Source of the DNA: Selaginella moellendorffii
Taxonomy: Eukaryota; Plantae; Lycopodiophyta
Length of the DNA stretch: 64,000 nt
Reading direction: 5' to 3'
Assembly (NCBI RefSeq): GCF_000143415.4
Contig: NW_003314301.1
Coordinates: 4,930-68,929, forward strand
Position 1 is the stretch's first letter; every line of letters begins with the position of its first letter. The notes below the pieces were generated by a model. The model saw nothing but the letters and a program-made list of their open reading frames with translations, was not told the DNA's origin and did no database searches. The translations under genes were made by a program, and so were the position numbers. Shown piece after piece: positions 1 through 11,287 of this stretch.

Positions 1-953
1 GTAACGTCCGAGAACCATGTAGATATGCATGAAGTTTCTCGAAACCCCAAACTGCCGCTAAACACTCCTTCTTTGTCGTGGAGTAGTTCACCTCTGCTGG
101 TTGTAACGTACGGCTTATATATGCAATGGGATGACGCTGACCAGGCACACTCGGGCTCTTTTGCATTAACACACCTCCAAGACCAATATCAAAAGCATCA
201 ACGCGCAAAATAAAAGGTCGAGTGTAGTCAGGATATGCTAAAACCGGAGGAGTCGTCAAAAGCTCTTTGAGATCCACAAACGCCCGCTCACAATCTGAAG
301 ACCAGATGAAAGATGACATTGATAACTTCAGCAACGTTCGCAACGGTGCAGTGTGATCAGAAAGATGATCCACAAAACAACCGAGATACTGCACCTTGCC
401 CAGGAAGCACTGCACATCATTCACACACTTTGGAGTAGGGAACTTTAGAATGGCTACGAGTTTGTCAGGATCAACTTGCAAACCCTCACGAGAAATACGG
501 TACCCAAGATAAGTTGTGCCCTTGGACTCAAACACGCACTTCGATCGCTTCAGCTTTAAACCAACATCCCGTAGCCGATCCAACACTTTACACACATCAC
601 GAACATGCTCTGCCCACGTCCCCTCCGAGTGAATCAAGACATCATCAATGAAGTCAGTAGTCACCTCTGGCATATCACAAAGAACTTCGTCCATCATCCG
701 CTGAAAAGTTGCTGGAGCATTGTTCAAACCAAACGGCATCACCAAGAACTCATACAAACTAAATGGTGTATGAAAAGTAGTCTTAGGAATATCTTCGTCG
801 GCCATTGGTACTTGCCAGTACCCAGAAGCAAGATCTAGCTTGGTGAACCAACAACTTCGCCCCAGACGATCCAAGAGATCAATAGTGTGAGGAAGAGGGT
901 ACACATCCGGGATCGTCACTTCATTTAACGAACAATAATCGATGCAGAAACGA

Positions 954-1587
954 NNNNNNNNNNNNNNNNNNNNNNNNNNNNNNNNNNNNNNNNNNNNNNN
1001 NNNNNNNNNNNNNNNNNNNNNNNNNNNNNNNNNNNNNNNNNNNNNNNNNNNNNNNNNNNNNNNNNNNNNNNNNNNNNNNNNNNNNNNNNNNNNNNNNNNN
1101 NNNNNNNNNNNNNNNNNNNNNNNNNNNNNNNNNNNNNNNNNNNNNNNNNNNNNNNNNNNNNNNNNNNNNNNNNNNNNNNNNNNNNNNNNNNNNNNNNNNN
1201 NNNNNNNNNNNNNNNNNNNNNNNNNNNNNNNNNNNNNNNNNNNNNNNNNNNNNNNNNNNNNNNNNNNNNNNNNNNNNNNNNNNNNNNNNNNNNNNNNNNN
1301 NNNNNNNNNNNNNNNNNNNNNNNNNNNNNNNNNNNNNNNNNNNNNNNNNNNNNNNNNNNNNNNNNNNNNNNNNNNNNNNNNNNNNNNNNNNNNNNNNNNN
1401 NNNNNNNNNNNNNNNNNNNNNNNNNNNNNNNNNNNNNNNNNNNNNNNNNNNNNNNNNNNNNNNNNNNNNNNNNNNNNNNNNNNNNNNNNNNNNNNNNNNN
1501 NNNNNNNNNNNNNNNNNNNNNNNNNNNNNNNNNNNNNNNNNNNNNNNNNNNNNNNNNNNNNNNNNNNNNNNNNNNNNNNNNNNNNNN
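954..1587. other. Assembly gap (N run)
   Basis: Run of N; ORFs crossing it are artefacts. Confidence 1.
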
Positions 1588-1806
1588 GACACAAGTGTAG
1601 ACGACAACGTGTGGCAATAGGTCGAGCAATAGAAGATAAACTCGAACCTGTATCAACCAACACGGAGAGAAAAATAGGAGAGCTCTTGTTATAAAAACGA
1701 GCTTGGAAAGTAAACACTGGATGAACCGGTGCCGAGTGAACCCCTTGATGATACTCCCGAAAGAAAGATGGAAGGGTCACTAACTTATTCGCGCAAGATC
1801 CCTCCA

Positions 1807-2697
1807 TTACTCGCGTGACTCCTCATTTCCCGGATGCACCTTGGTATCCAAACCTTCCACCGCAGCAGCACCAACGGGACGTTGCTGACGCCAAGGTCTC
1901 CACCCAGGAAATGGAGGTCGCCAATCCGAAAAGCGCCTACAATGCCGATAAGTATGACCAACTTCATCACACGCCCAGCAACGAACATTATGGCCACAAC
2001 CACATCCTCGCCCTTGTCCTTGGACTCGAGTAGCAGCAGCATCAACCTCCATTGGAACAGGACCATCACTCATAGGAAGTGGAGCGGAAGGACGTGCAGC
2101 GAAAAGTGGAAGAGGCGACATCTCATAACGTTGTGCCAAGCGAAGAGCATCGTCAAGGGTGGCAGGAGCAAGTGCATGCACAAGGCCGGCAAGATCTTGA
2201 CGAAGTGCTGGCCACAACATTCCTAGCTTGATCCGCTCCGACATATTTGGCTCCGCACGAAGCAAAAGACTTCGAAAACGAATGCCAAATTGCATCACCG
2301 ACTCAGATGGCCCTTGGCGAAGACGATGCAATTGTTGGAAGGCATCATCACAATCGTCGGCGTGTCCAAAGGCGCGTTTGAAGACGTCCGGAAGAACACT
2401 CCAATCGCCACGAGTGGCTGCGCTCAATCCATTGTACCATTGCAATGCTGTCCCTTGGAGACATGTGGGGAACTCACGCAAATGTCGAGCATCATCCCAA
2501 GAATGATATGTGGCAACCACCGTGAAGTGATCGAACCAATGGTACACATCATCCCCAGGATTCCCACGAAAGAACTCCGGCCGAACACGAGGATTGGCAC
2601 TAAGAGCAGGAGGAGTTGTACCATGTGCCGTGAACGATGCCATCAACTGAGTTTGGTTGTTCAATTGCAAGCGCATAGCATCAAGCAATTGAACCAA
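1807..2697 (-). CDS. gag: Retrotransposon Gag with CCHC zinc knuckle
   Basis: 296-aa ORF with retrotrans_gag-like LQGTALQWY and LRQGPSESV, PVPMEVD, and CWACDEVGHTYRHC. Confidence 0.9.
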   Translation of the reverse strand: MVQLLDAMRLQLNNQTQLMASFTAHGTTPPALSANPRVRPEFFRGNPGDDVYHWFDHFTVVATYHSWDDARHLREFPTCLQGTALQWYNGLSAATRGDWSVLPDVFKRAFGHADDCDDAFQQLHRLRQGPSESVMQFGIRFRSLLLRAEPNMSERIKLGMLWPALRQDLAGLVHALAPATLDDALRLAQRYEMSPLPLFAARPSAPLPMSDGPVPMEVDAAATRVQGQGRGCGCGHNVRCWACDEVGHTYRHCRRFSDWRPPFPGWRPWRQQRPVGAAAVEGLDTKVHPGNEESRE

Positions 2698-2963
2698 CTA
2701 TTGCTCTAGACTCAAAGGAAGAGATGGCGGATCGGCCATGAAGATGAACGCAAACGAAAGAGCAAAAGAAGAGAAATAACAAAAAGCTGAAAAGAAATAG
2801 TAGATCTAGACAATGCAAAAAGCTAGATCTAAACCAAAATCCTGAAAGGAAAGAACAAAAGAAAGGAACTGGAAAAAGCTAAATCTAGACAATGCAAAAG
2901 CTAGATCTAAACTGAAATCCCAAATCCAAGCACTCCCTAGGGACAATCAAAGGTGCCCCTCAA

Positions 2964-2971
2964 CTCCACCA
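2964..2971 (-). other. Primer binding site, tRNA-Ala-like
   Basis: Minus strand reads TGGTGGAG next to the LTR, complementary to the CTCCACCA 3' end of tRNA-Ala; degenerate equivalent at ~37247-37254. Confidence 0.65.
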
Positions 2972-2972
2972 A

Positions 2973-3147
2973 TGTGAGTACTTGGAATATGGAAAGGGAA
3001 TACAGAAATGTGCATATCAATTAGCCCAAAAACCCTAGCTTATATACAGGAGCGAGTGGTCCGGATTGAAACCAATCCGACAGCTACCAAAACCCCACTA
3101 CGCTAATATTAGTATACGGCATCGTAGCTGTACACTTGGCCCTCACA
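2973..3147 (-). repeat. 5' LTR of family A (175 bp)
   Basis: TG..CA ends with terminal inverted TGTGAG/CTCACA; homologous to 37256-37422, 23790-23911 and 24745-24868. Confidence 0.9.
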
Positions 3148-3254
3148 TAGAGAATTATGAAATTATTAAGTTCGCCATAACCTTAAAATTTTAAAGTTTA
3201 TAATGTTTGTACTAAATTACAATTGAAAATTGAGCTCAACTCGTGAGCTCAAAT

Positions 3255-3388
3255 ATGGTCCATGCCCCTGGGATTGAATGCCATGATCAAAAGCTCATCC
3301 TCTTGCTTGAGGATCACTGTGGCTCTTCATCCAACCCCTGTGCAAAGTGATCATTGTAGAATTTGGCATTAGAGATGAGATCCCTCAT
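3255..3388 (-). pseudogene. F-box/kelch N-terminal fragment
   Basis: Reverse complement matches 4135-4255 (RDLISNAKFYNDHFAQGLDEE). Confidence 0.65.
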
Positions 3389-3389
3389 T

Positions 3390-3925
3390 TTGAAGTTTTA
3401 AATATATGACTTTGAAATTGTTCATTGCTTAAAGAGTTATATGGTTGATGCTAATGCTTTTTTTCAAGCTCTTCTCCCTTCTTTGCTATCTTTTTATGTT
3501 TATTACGAGTTTGTTTTTATAATATTTATGGATTTTTTAGATGAGGATTTCATGTTGTTAGTGGTTGTTATATTTGATGTTCAGTGTTCATAAAGTGTAA
3601 AGCAAAATTTACCTTCTCTTGATGAGGTTCATGAGGCTCAAAAAGTTAAGCCACATATCTAAAAGCATTGCAATAGATTTGAGAATTTTACATCATTTGT
3701 TGATGACTTGCCATTTCAGCATTTACATTCTCAATATTGCTTTAAGAATAATTATTTTTATTTTGAGAGGACAAATCCTGATAATCATTTACTGCTAATC
3801 AAACCTTCAATATTTATTCCACCCTTTTTCCACACCTACCATGATTCTTCTATTCTACGTAAATATATAAGACATCATTGTATGACTGAGAAGTTGCATA
3901 AATTCTTTTATTGGCTAGAAATGTC
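3390..3925 (+). mobile_element. Decayed family-A pol fragment (RNaseH-integrase region)
   Basis: Homologous to the reverse complement of ~25940-26470, with heavy C>T/G>A change. Confidence 0.75.
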
Positions 3926-4029
3926 AACCACAAACTATAAAATTTGACAATTGAAGTAGCAATCATCAATAGAGTAAGAGACAAATTTTACAGTTGAAGT
4001 GGCGATCATCAATAGAGTAAGAGGCGGCA

Positions 4030-4837
4030 ATAGTGTTGCTTATCCCTGGCCTGGACAACAATGCCACTTACTAATGCCTCCTGCAAGTGTCACTCTCATC
4101 CCATGAGCAGATGTACCAAGTGAGCTGAGCATGGAGGAATCTCATCTCCAGTGCCAAGTTCTATGATGATCACTCCACCCAGGGATTGGACAAGGAATTG
4201 CTTGTTGCCACGGTGTTGCTTAGGGACGAGCTTTCAATCATTGCGTTCAATCCAGTAGTGAATGGATGATATTACCTCCTCCTCCTTGTAGGGCTTCATG
4301 CTCGACACCAGGAGAGGATTCAAGTGCAGGGCCATCGGCAGCAAGCTCTATCTTCTTGGGAGATGGGGCCGCAACAAATCAGTGAGCATCTTCAATGCAC
4401 ACACAAATTGATGGAGCATCACGGCGCCAATGCTGCATCGACGAAAGTGCTATGTGTCCGCGGCTATGGAGGGTCAGCTCTACATCGTGGGTGGCAACAG
4501 TATGGGGGAGGAACCAGATGCTGAGGTATACAAACCAGTGGAGGATCGATGGGATCCTCTCCCCCTTCCACCATCGCTGGAAAACAGATTTCACAACGCC
4601 CTCCTCGTCGATGACAGCAAGATGGTTGTGACCTTGTGCTGTGGTGGCCCGACGTTTGTTTTCTCAGCTCGAGATCTTTCCTGGGAAGTGGCGGACCTCC
4701 TTGGATTGCAGGAGCGGCACTGCTGCTTTGTGCACTCCAACCAGATGTACAAGTTTGACAAGGCGGGATCATTGTTGTTGAGATACGACAATGGCAAGAA
4801 GTCGTGGGAGGCAAGACCACGTCACGTTTTTATGTGA
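4030..4837 (+). pseudogene. F-box/kelch-repeat protein pseudogene
   Basis: F-box LIPGLDNNATY*CLLQVSLSSH with in-frame stops; kelch repeat SAAMEGQLYIVGG...AEVYKPVEDRW. Confidence 0.8.
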
Positions 4838-4999
4838 AAACATGCAGTCACTGATCCTTCTATTGACTTTTTTGATACGATCTTTCTCTGAAATTCGGGG
4901 AATGTGATCAATTGAGATCACATTTCTGAGGTAAATCAGAACACCTTTTTGACTTGTATATGAATCTTTCCGGCTTGGAGGGTTTTTGACTTCGAGGTC

Positions 5000-6448
5000 A
5001 TGATGGAGGAAGAGGGCTACAGGTCGCAAATGACAACGGGCAGCTTGATTCCGCTGCTGCAGAAGGCCCTTTTGCAACACCAAGTAAGAATTGAACCACT
5101 TCCAGTTGCGGCTCCTGTTTTGCAGCTGGACGATCCTGCGCTGAGTTACCTTTCCAAGATGCTTTTAGGCGGGGATAGTGATAGTGACGAGCAGGAGGTT
5201 GCAACCCCGCAGCAGAACAGATACCAGGCTTACATGGACGACCTGAATTCCATCATAAGAGGTTGCGTCCAGTCTCCGGACAGTGATCAAGAACAGGTCG
5301 ACCAGGAAGTATTTAGCTTGCTCAGAGAGTGCGCAAGAGCAGTAGCAGCCAGGAACTCGGCACAGGTTTACAATCTCATCGGATTGATCAAGAACTCAGT
5401 GACATCCGAAAACAGCCACTTAGAAAGGACCGCATTGTTCTTCGTCAACGCACTGGTAGCAAGGCTTAAAGGGTGTGGTTCACAGCTCTACTCGGCTCTG
5501 TCCAGAGAGGTTTCTCAGAAGCGCTACGTGGGGCTTTTGTGCATGAACCTCCCGTGGTTCAGCGCCACCGAGGTGATCTCGAATCACATAATTCTCGAGG
5601 CGTGCAAGGGAGCCAAGCGGATTCATATTGTGGACTACGGGATACTGTATGGCAGTCAGTGGCCGTGGCTTATCCGAGCTTTATCTCAGCAACCCGAGGG
5701 AGCTCCACTGCTGAGGATGACAGGAATCGACTCGTCTGGGATGATAGATGGTGCACAGATTGGGAAGCATTTACTCGAGTTCGCAGAATTGTGTGGGATT
5801 CCGTTTGAGTTTAACTACATCACTGCAGACTCTTGGGAGCTCGCACAGCCGCAGTGCAACAGCTTGAACGAGTTTGTGGTCATCAACACAAACAGGAGAC
5901 TGCGATTCTTGAGGGACGACTCCACCGCAGCAAACAATCCAAGGAAGGTGTTCTTCGATCGCATGCTCAAGCTCCAGCCGGCATTGTTGATCCAGTCTCT
6001 GCAAAGCGCCGACCCCAACGTCTCATCCCCGTTCTTCGTCCAGCGCTTTGAGGCGACACTTGCGTACTATGCCAACATTCTAAACGGTTTTGGAGAGGTT
6101 CTTAAGGATCATCCGCAAGAGCTTGGCTTCGCAAGAAAGTTTGTGGAGAGGAGCATCATGAATGTGGTGGCCTGTGAAGGGGTGGATCGAGTGGAACGGC
6201 CGGGGCCATACTACTACTGGGATTCGACGGCAAAGAAAGCTGGATTCGAGCAGCTGCCTCTGAGCGACCAAGTTATCGAGACAGCCAGGCTGATCTGGAG
6301 AGGCGAGAAGTTTAGCTTGTACAGGGATGGGCACTGGTTGCTACTGGCATGGAAGGACGCCCTGGCGTTTGGGATTTGTGCATGGAAACCTGGCGTGAAG
6401 CCGAGAAATTCGTACAGCGCCAAGAGTTCAAAAAGATACCACTTCTAA
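5000..6448 (+). CDS. GRAS transcription factor, SCL9/SCL14 (LISCL)-like, intronless
   Basis: 482 aa: LHR I (LLRECARAVA), VHIID (IHIVDYGILYGSQWPWLI..LRMTGID), PFYRE (FFVQRF), SAW (NVVACEGVDRVERP..WKD..ICAW); N-terminal LSYLSKMLL typical of LISCL. Confidence 0.93.
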   Translation: MMEEEGYRSQMTTGSLIPLLQKALLQHQVRIEPLPVAAPVLQLDDPALSYLSKMLLGGDSDSDEQEVATPQQNRYQAYMDDLNSIIRGCVQSPDSDQEQVDQEVFSLLRECARAVAARNSAQVYNLIGLIKNSVTSENSHLERTALFFVNALVARLKGCGSQLYSALSREVSQKRYVGLLCMNLPWFSATEVISNHIILEACKGAKRIHIVDYGILYGSQWPWLIRALSQQPEGAPLLRMTGIDSSGMIDGAQIGKHLLEFAELCGIPFEFNYITADSWELAQPQCNSLNEFVVINTNRRLRFLRDDSTAANNPRKVFFDRMLKLQPALLIQSLQSADPNVSSPFFVQRFEATLAYYANILNGFGEVLKDHPQELGFARKFVERSIMNVVACEGVDRVERPGPYYYWDSTAKKAGFEQLPLSDQVIETARLIWRGEKFSLYRDGHWLLLAWKDALAFGICAWKPGVKPRNSYSAKSSKRYHF

Positions 6449-6599
6449 AAGCTCTTGCACTCGTGCGTGTTGACTAAGAAGTGGCTGAAATTTGACTAGC
6501 AGCCAGCACTCTCTTCTCCCTATCATCTCTTACTTATCTTCTTTCCAGAGTGGTTTAGGCCTAGTAATCTTCTGTTGTTGCTGTCAATAAAGACACATT

Positions 6600-7307
6600 C
6601 TTCAGTTCCATATCCTGCCTGCATTGTGAAAGGAACAAATCATGCTTGCCTGTTGGTTCAAACTCCCTCCATTGTTGTCATAAAGGTTGGATACAGTGAT
6701 CCCTCTCCATGGCCCAGTCAAAGTCAATGAACCTAACATTGTTGTCATGCATGTTGCTATGCACGTCATATGTAGCCTGCTTGTCTCGCCAACTTTCACC
6801 CCGTGAGCAGCCTTCAGACACGCCACCCTCTGACCCCAGAGTGTTTCCGCATCCCTAAGGCCATAAAGAAGCTCCCAGCCTGTCTTACTATCCAGGTACT
6901 CCATTTCCACCTCCAGCCAGGTTGTGGGGTGTGTAGCCGGCATCAGCCCACATTTGTGCATACCCGTACTGTTGAACATACTTGACCGCAAACTTCTCAC
7001 TGCTTGCCATGTCCTTGGCAAGATAAACTAGCTTACTGGGATGGATAATTTCCTCTGTTACCCCAGGATTTACACACTCGAAGAAAGGATATAGGATGCA
7101 TTTCTCATTCAGGGCCACCAAACTGCGATTTAGACATTGGGCTGCACTATCTAATTGTTGGTGATACTGCTGCAGCCTGAGAATTGCCTGCTTCATGGCT
7201 GCACAAACAACAGCTCCCTGCACCACTATATGCTGATCATAAGCTTGAATGGGTGTGAGAAGGAGCGATGTTAGACCTTGCAGAGCCACAGCAGTATCAA
7301 TTTGCAT
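6600..7307 (-). pseudogene. Decayed Crinkler/fungal-type protein kinase fragment
   Basis: Ordered motifs across frames: FAVKYVQQYG, WADAGYTP, VEMEYL, VHSNMHDNNV (VHGD-like), RFIDFDWA. Confidence 0.6.
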
Positions 7308-7314
7308 TAATTAA

Positions 7315-8299
7315 CCCTTTCCTTTTATATTTAAACTTTTATAGATTATCTTTCAACATGTTTCTCTTTGATATCAAATGTAAGTTCTTAAATTTGGACT
7401 TCTTAGGAAGTCACCCAAATTAGTACTATTCAAACCCAAGAACAAACCCTAAATATCCCAAAATCCTTAATTGATTAAAAAAAGATATGCACTTTTATCC
7501 ATAGGCCCTTTCCTTTTATATTTAAATCTTTATAAATCATCTTTTATAATTCACAATAACCAAAATAGTATCATTTTTTTGAAAGGTTTTGGGCAAACCA
7601 ATGATAAAGTCCATCTAGATGCTATCTCACTTGTTCTTATGTACATGTAGAGGATGATAGAGGCCAACAAGCTTTTGATGATTAACTTTGATTATTTGGC
7701 AGGTACATACTTCTCAACATCTAACTTTATCCTAGGCAAAAAAAAAAGGCCTCTTCACCAATATATACATTCTTAGTATCCTCAGATACCTAGCACTTGG
7801 CACTCATGACACAACCAAAATTTATTTAATAAGTTTGTCAACACAAGGAACCACTATATATCCCTTCTTCACTAAAATTCCATTTTATATCATGAATAAT
7901 GCAAATTTGTCACCCTTCAAATTTGTAAAGACATCCCTCAAAAAAACCTTCACACGAGTATCATTGATAAAGGAGTTGAAGTCAATAAACTCCTTAATCT
8001 CACCCAAGAGATCACTAGATATCTTCATGAATGAGATAGAATTTATTATTCTAGATAATGCATCAACCACCTTATTATTGCTTCTATACGTGTACTGGAT
8101 TGTAATAAACATTTTCTCCAAAAACTCTTGCCAATGAGTAAAGTGGCCTTGAAGGTCCTTTTGATGATTGAAATACTAGAGAGACTGATGGTTTGAATCC
8201 ACATTAATTGTTATACTGATAAATGTAGAATTAATATAAATAAAAATTGTGTTGAAGATTTAGTAATTTTTAAACCTTTTCACTATTTTAGTGGAAGTC
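7315..8299 (-). mobile_element. Gypsy (chromovirus-like) remnant, RNaseH/integrase part, left of the element B insertion
   Basis: ITIQYTYRSNNKVVDALSR; homologous to 43440-44250; continues at 18386. Confidence 0.8.
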
Positions 8300-9439
8300 T
8301 ATAGCACACATGGTTTTTACCCTTTATCTTATGGTGATTTACCATATGATAACTATAAAGCAGAACCTAAACCCTCCATGTGCCACATGTTATATGCCAT
8401 GTGTCATATGCCACGTGTCCAAAGGACAATGGTGTGGAACCCGAGTTTCAAGACCCCACTGAATAAAGGAACAGTGCCAAACTCCCAAGCATGGAGTCAA
8501 GGAGTGATGGCACTCGAGCACAGAACGACTCTTGAGTATATAGCCCAAGAAGTGAAAGGACAAAAACACAAAGCAACTTGGAACAATCCTAAAGTATCTA
8601 ACATCCCAATGTTAAGACTGACACGCAAAATGGAGCCAAACAAAGTTTGGCATTATTTCAACATACCGGTGGCCTAACATAAAGATATAGATACTTCACT
8701 AGCTAGCATGGAATGAAACTTGGGTTTAGACCCAAGTTGAATGCCAAACAAGGACAGGCATGCAAGTGGAAGCTAAACTATATCTTAGGTTGATCAACCA
8801 TATTTGACCTACCCACTATCCCTACTATACATTTGGAACCCCCTATAGCCCCCTCCCCCTTCCCCTTGAAGAACACACACTTTGGGCTTTCACCCCAAGC
8901 CTCCATTAGTATCAGGAGTTAGTCTCTGGGACAAGTTTGAAACTTATTAAATATGAAATGTCCCTAAATTGCAAATTTGGACATGGGATGAACATTATTG
9001 TGTGTCAAGACAATTTCTACATTTCGTAAATATGCTAAATGAGAAAATCTAGACACTTTTCATAAATAGCATTTGGGATTGAAATGAGACTAACACAAAG
9101 GGCATGATAGTAAGGGTGTTTGGCAAACACGGTAAGCTATCATCCAGTGATATTAAGGGACTAATCTCAATACACGAGAGTTCTTGTCACTAGCCAGTGC
9201 AAGATACAACAAGACGGGAACTCCTTATTGGGCTAAGTATGCTTAGTTAATAGCATGTAGGAATTCTATCCTTATACTTGTTTGGTCTAAGTACACTCGA
9301 AATGCCCAATTAACTCCACTAGCATAAGAGGCACAAGGGTCCAGCATACCAACCTTCTACTGTCGTGGCAATAAGGAAAAAGTGTCCATAATGACTAGCC
9401 AATAAGTAACTTTCAATATCCAAAGCCATATTTGCGACA
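8300..9439 (-). repeat. 3' LTR of element B
   Basis: Direct repeat of 17260-18385; adjacent to PPT. Confidence 0.88.
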
Positions 9440-9543
9440 CTCTCCCCCCCTTAGGGAAGATTAATGTCCTTGTTGATGCATACTCGAGTCTAGACCACAA
9501 GCAAGGAAAAAACTCTAAAAAAAGATCACAGTGATCACACTAT

Positions 9544-11287
9544 TATAAGTGACTAATTTTTCCATTCTACTTTAGTCACTTAACCACACCTTCGACTGCT
9601 TGGAGGAGTCTCATTCACAACCTCCTTAAGTCCAATTCAGGACTTGGGGCTTGCTAGCCCAAGAATGGCATCCATGCCACTCATTGCTTGCACTTAGTCC
9701 AAGTGCTCCACGTGTCCGGTCCCAAGACCGACACCCCAAGGTACCACGGACATACTAGCCCGTTACGCTAAGGCCATGCCCCTTTACCTTTGCCGCACTA
9801 GTGGTCCAATACCACTTGCATCACAATCCCGTCTCCCCAAGACTGGGCCATCTGTCCACGAGTGGTCATCCTAGATCCACTCCTTAGCATCCTTAGGATG
9901 CCCACAGACCTGGGGGATTGCCTTCCCCAAAGTCCCTTTGTCAGTTCCTACCAAGTCCCTTTCTGCCCCTGGCCGTGTTTGCCAACACTGCCACTGGATC
10001 GAGGCCCACAGGCCCGACCCCTAAGTCCCACGATCCTCTGGGACTTCCTCACCACACGACTGTGTCCTTGGTCACTACCCCAGAGGACTGCTCCTCTTCC
10101 TTTCCACAGTCTGGGCCTTTGGGACAACCTTTCGGAACACCGTGGCCTTACGCGAGCCACCTGGGTACTCTCCCCACCTATCGCCTTTAGGTGCTCTAGC
10201 CATGGGCTTAGAGCGAGGTTCCGTCGAGCCATGCCTGGTATCCAAGTAGGTAGTGCCACCCACACTTGGACTGGGAGCATCGGCCAGTCAATCTCCCGGG
10301 GGAACTAGAGCCGGCTCTTGAACACTTCACCAAGCTACCCCGCTTGTCGGTCCGTATTCACTCTAGTCTTGGACTTCCCAGTGGTCAGTTCATCACCCAA
10401 CACTGGGTCTGGCCTTCCTGGGCCAAATTGGCCTTTCCTGGCCAAACTGGCTCCACTACAGTCCTCCCCCTACTATACTTTTGGAGCTCACCAAACCCCC
10501 CAGGGTCTGGGAGACGAACGCTTTGGGCTTTCACCCTCTCAGACTTGAACTCGGACTCGGACTCGGACTCGGACTCGGACTCGGGCTCGGGCTCGGTCTC
10601 AGCCTTGGCCTCGGTCCCGGTCTCGGTCCCGGTCTCGGTCTCAGTCTCGGTCCCGGTCTCGGTCTCGACCTCGGACTCCATCTCGGGTCCTTCTCGGACT
10701 CCATCTCGGACTCCATCTCAGGCTCCGTCTCGGTCCATCTCGGACTCCATCTCGGTCCATCTCGGACTCCGTCTCGGTCCACCTCGGACTCCATCTCGGA
10801 CTCCATCTTGGGTCCATCTTGGACTCCATCTCGGACTCCATCTCGGTCCATCTCGGACTCCGTCTCAATCCATCTCGGACTCCATCTCGGGTCCATCTCG
10901 GACTCTGTCTCGGTCCACCTCGGACTCCATCTCGGACTCCATCTCGGTCCATCTCGGACTCCATCTCGGACTCCACTTCGGACTCCATATCGGACTCCAC
11001 TTCAGGTCCATCTCGGACTCCAACTAGGGTCCGTCTCGGACTCCATCTCGGACACTTCCACGTGTCATGTGTTGGTCCTTTTTGGGTCCCTTTTTGGAGC
11101 CTTGCTTATTGCTCGCTTCGTGCTCGCTCCTTGAGCACTTTGTTGGGAGTTCCACTCCCGCTCTCGACCTTCTAAGTTAGAGCTTTTAGTCCAAACGTGT
11201 TACACTCGTTTGGGCTTTCGCTTCAGCCACTACCACGTGGCACCCTTTCCGGCTCCACTTTGGGGCCTAGGGATTTTGTGTCTCACA
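9544..11287 (-). mobile_element. Solo LTR of family C
   Basis: T(A)TAAG..CTCACA flanked by 5-bp TSD ACTAT; same family as the LTRs of 27503-35154. Confidence 0.92.
10545..11052. repeat. Tandem array (GGACTC/GGTCTC hexamers, GGACTCCATCTC 12-mers) inside LTR C
   Basis: Directly visible. Confidence 0.95.

Larger units (their letters stand above)
1..3147 (-). mobile_element. Ty3/gypsy LTR retrotransposon, family A copy 1 (5' part: LTR, gag, protease, RT/RNaseH; continues off the left edge)
   Basis: LTR TGTGAG..CTCACA at 2973-3147, PBS, gag ORF, protease LVDTGS at ~1646-1660, and RT/RNaseH-like text (FLVMPFGL, FIDDVL, NYSTTKKECLAAV) on the minus strand of 1-953. Confidence 0.93.

Noticed and set aside
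921-1694. Long X-containing ORFs
   Set aside because: Artefacts of the N gap
3950-4025. ~43-bp tandem duplication (similar ~39-bp one at 38968-39030)
   Set aside because: Simple local duplications with no sign of function
5473-6423. Alternative-frame and antisense ORFs over the GRAS gene
   Set aside because: Shadows of a GC-balanced coding sequence
10266-11175. Long Ser/Asp-, Gly/Leu- and Arg/Pro-rich ORFs (also at 28225-29352 and 34147-35212)
   Set aside because: Stop-free tandem repeats are open in nearly all frames; starts are mostly non-ATG and the frame is not conserved between LTR copies
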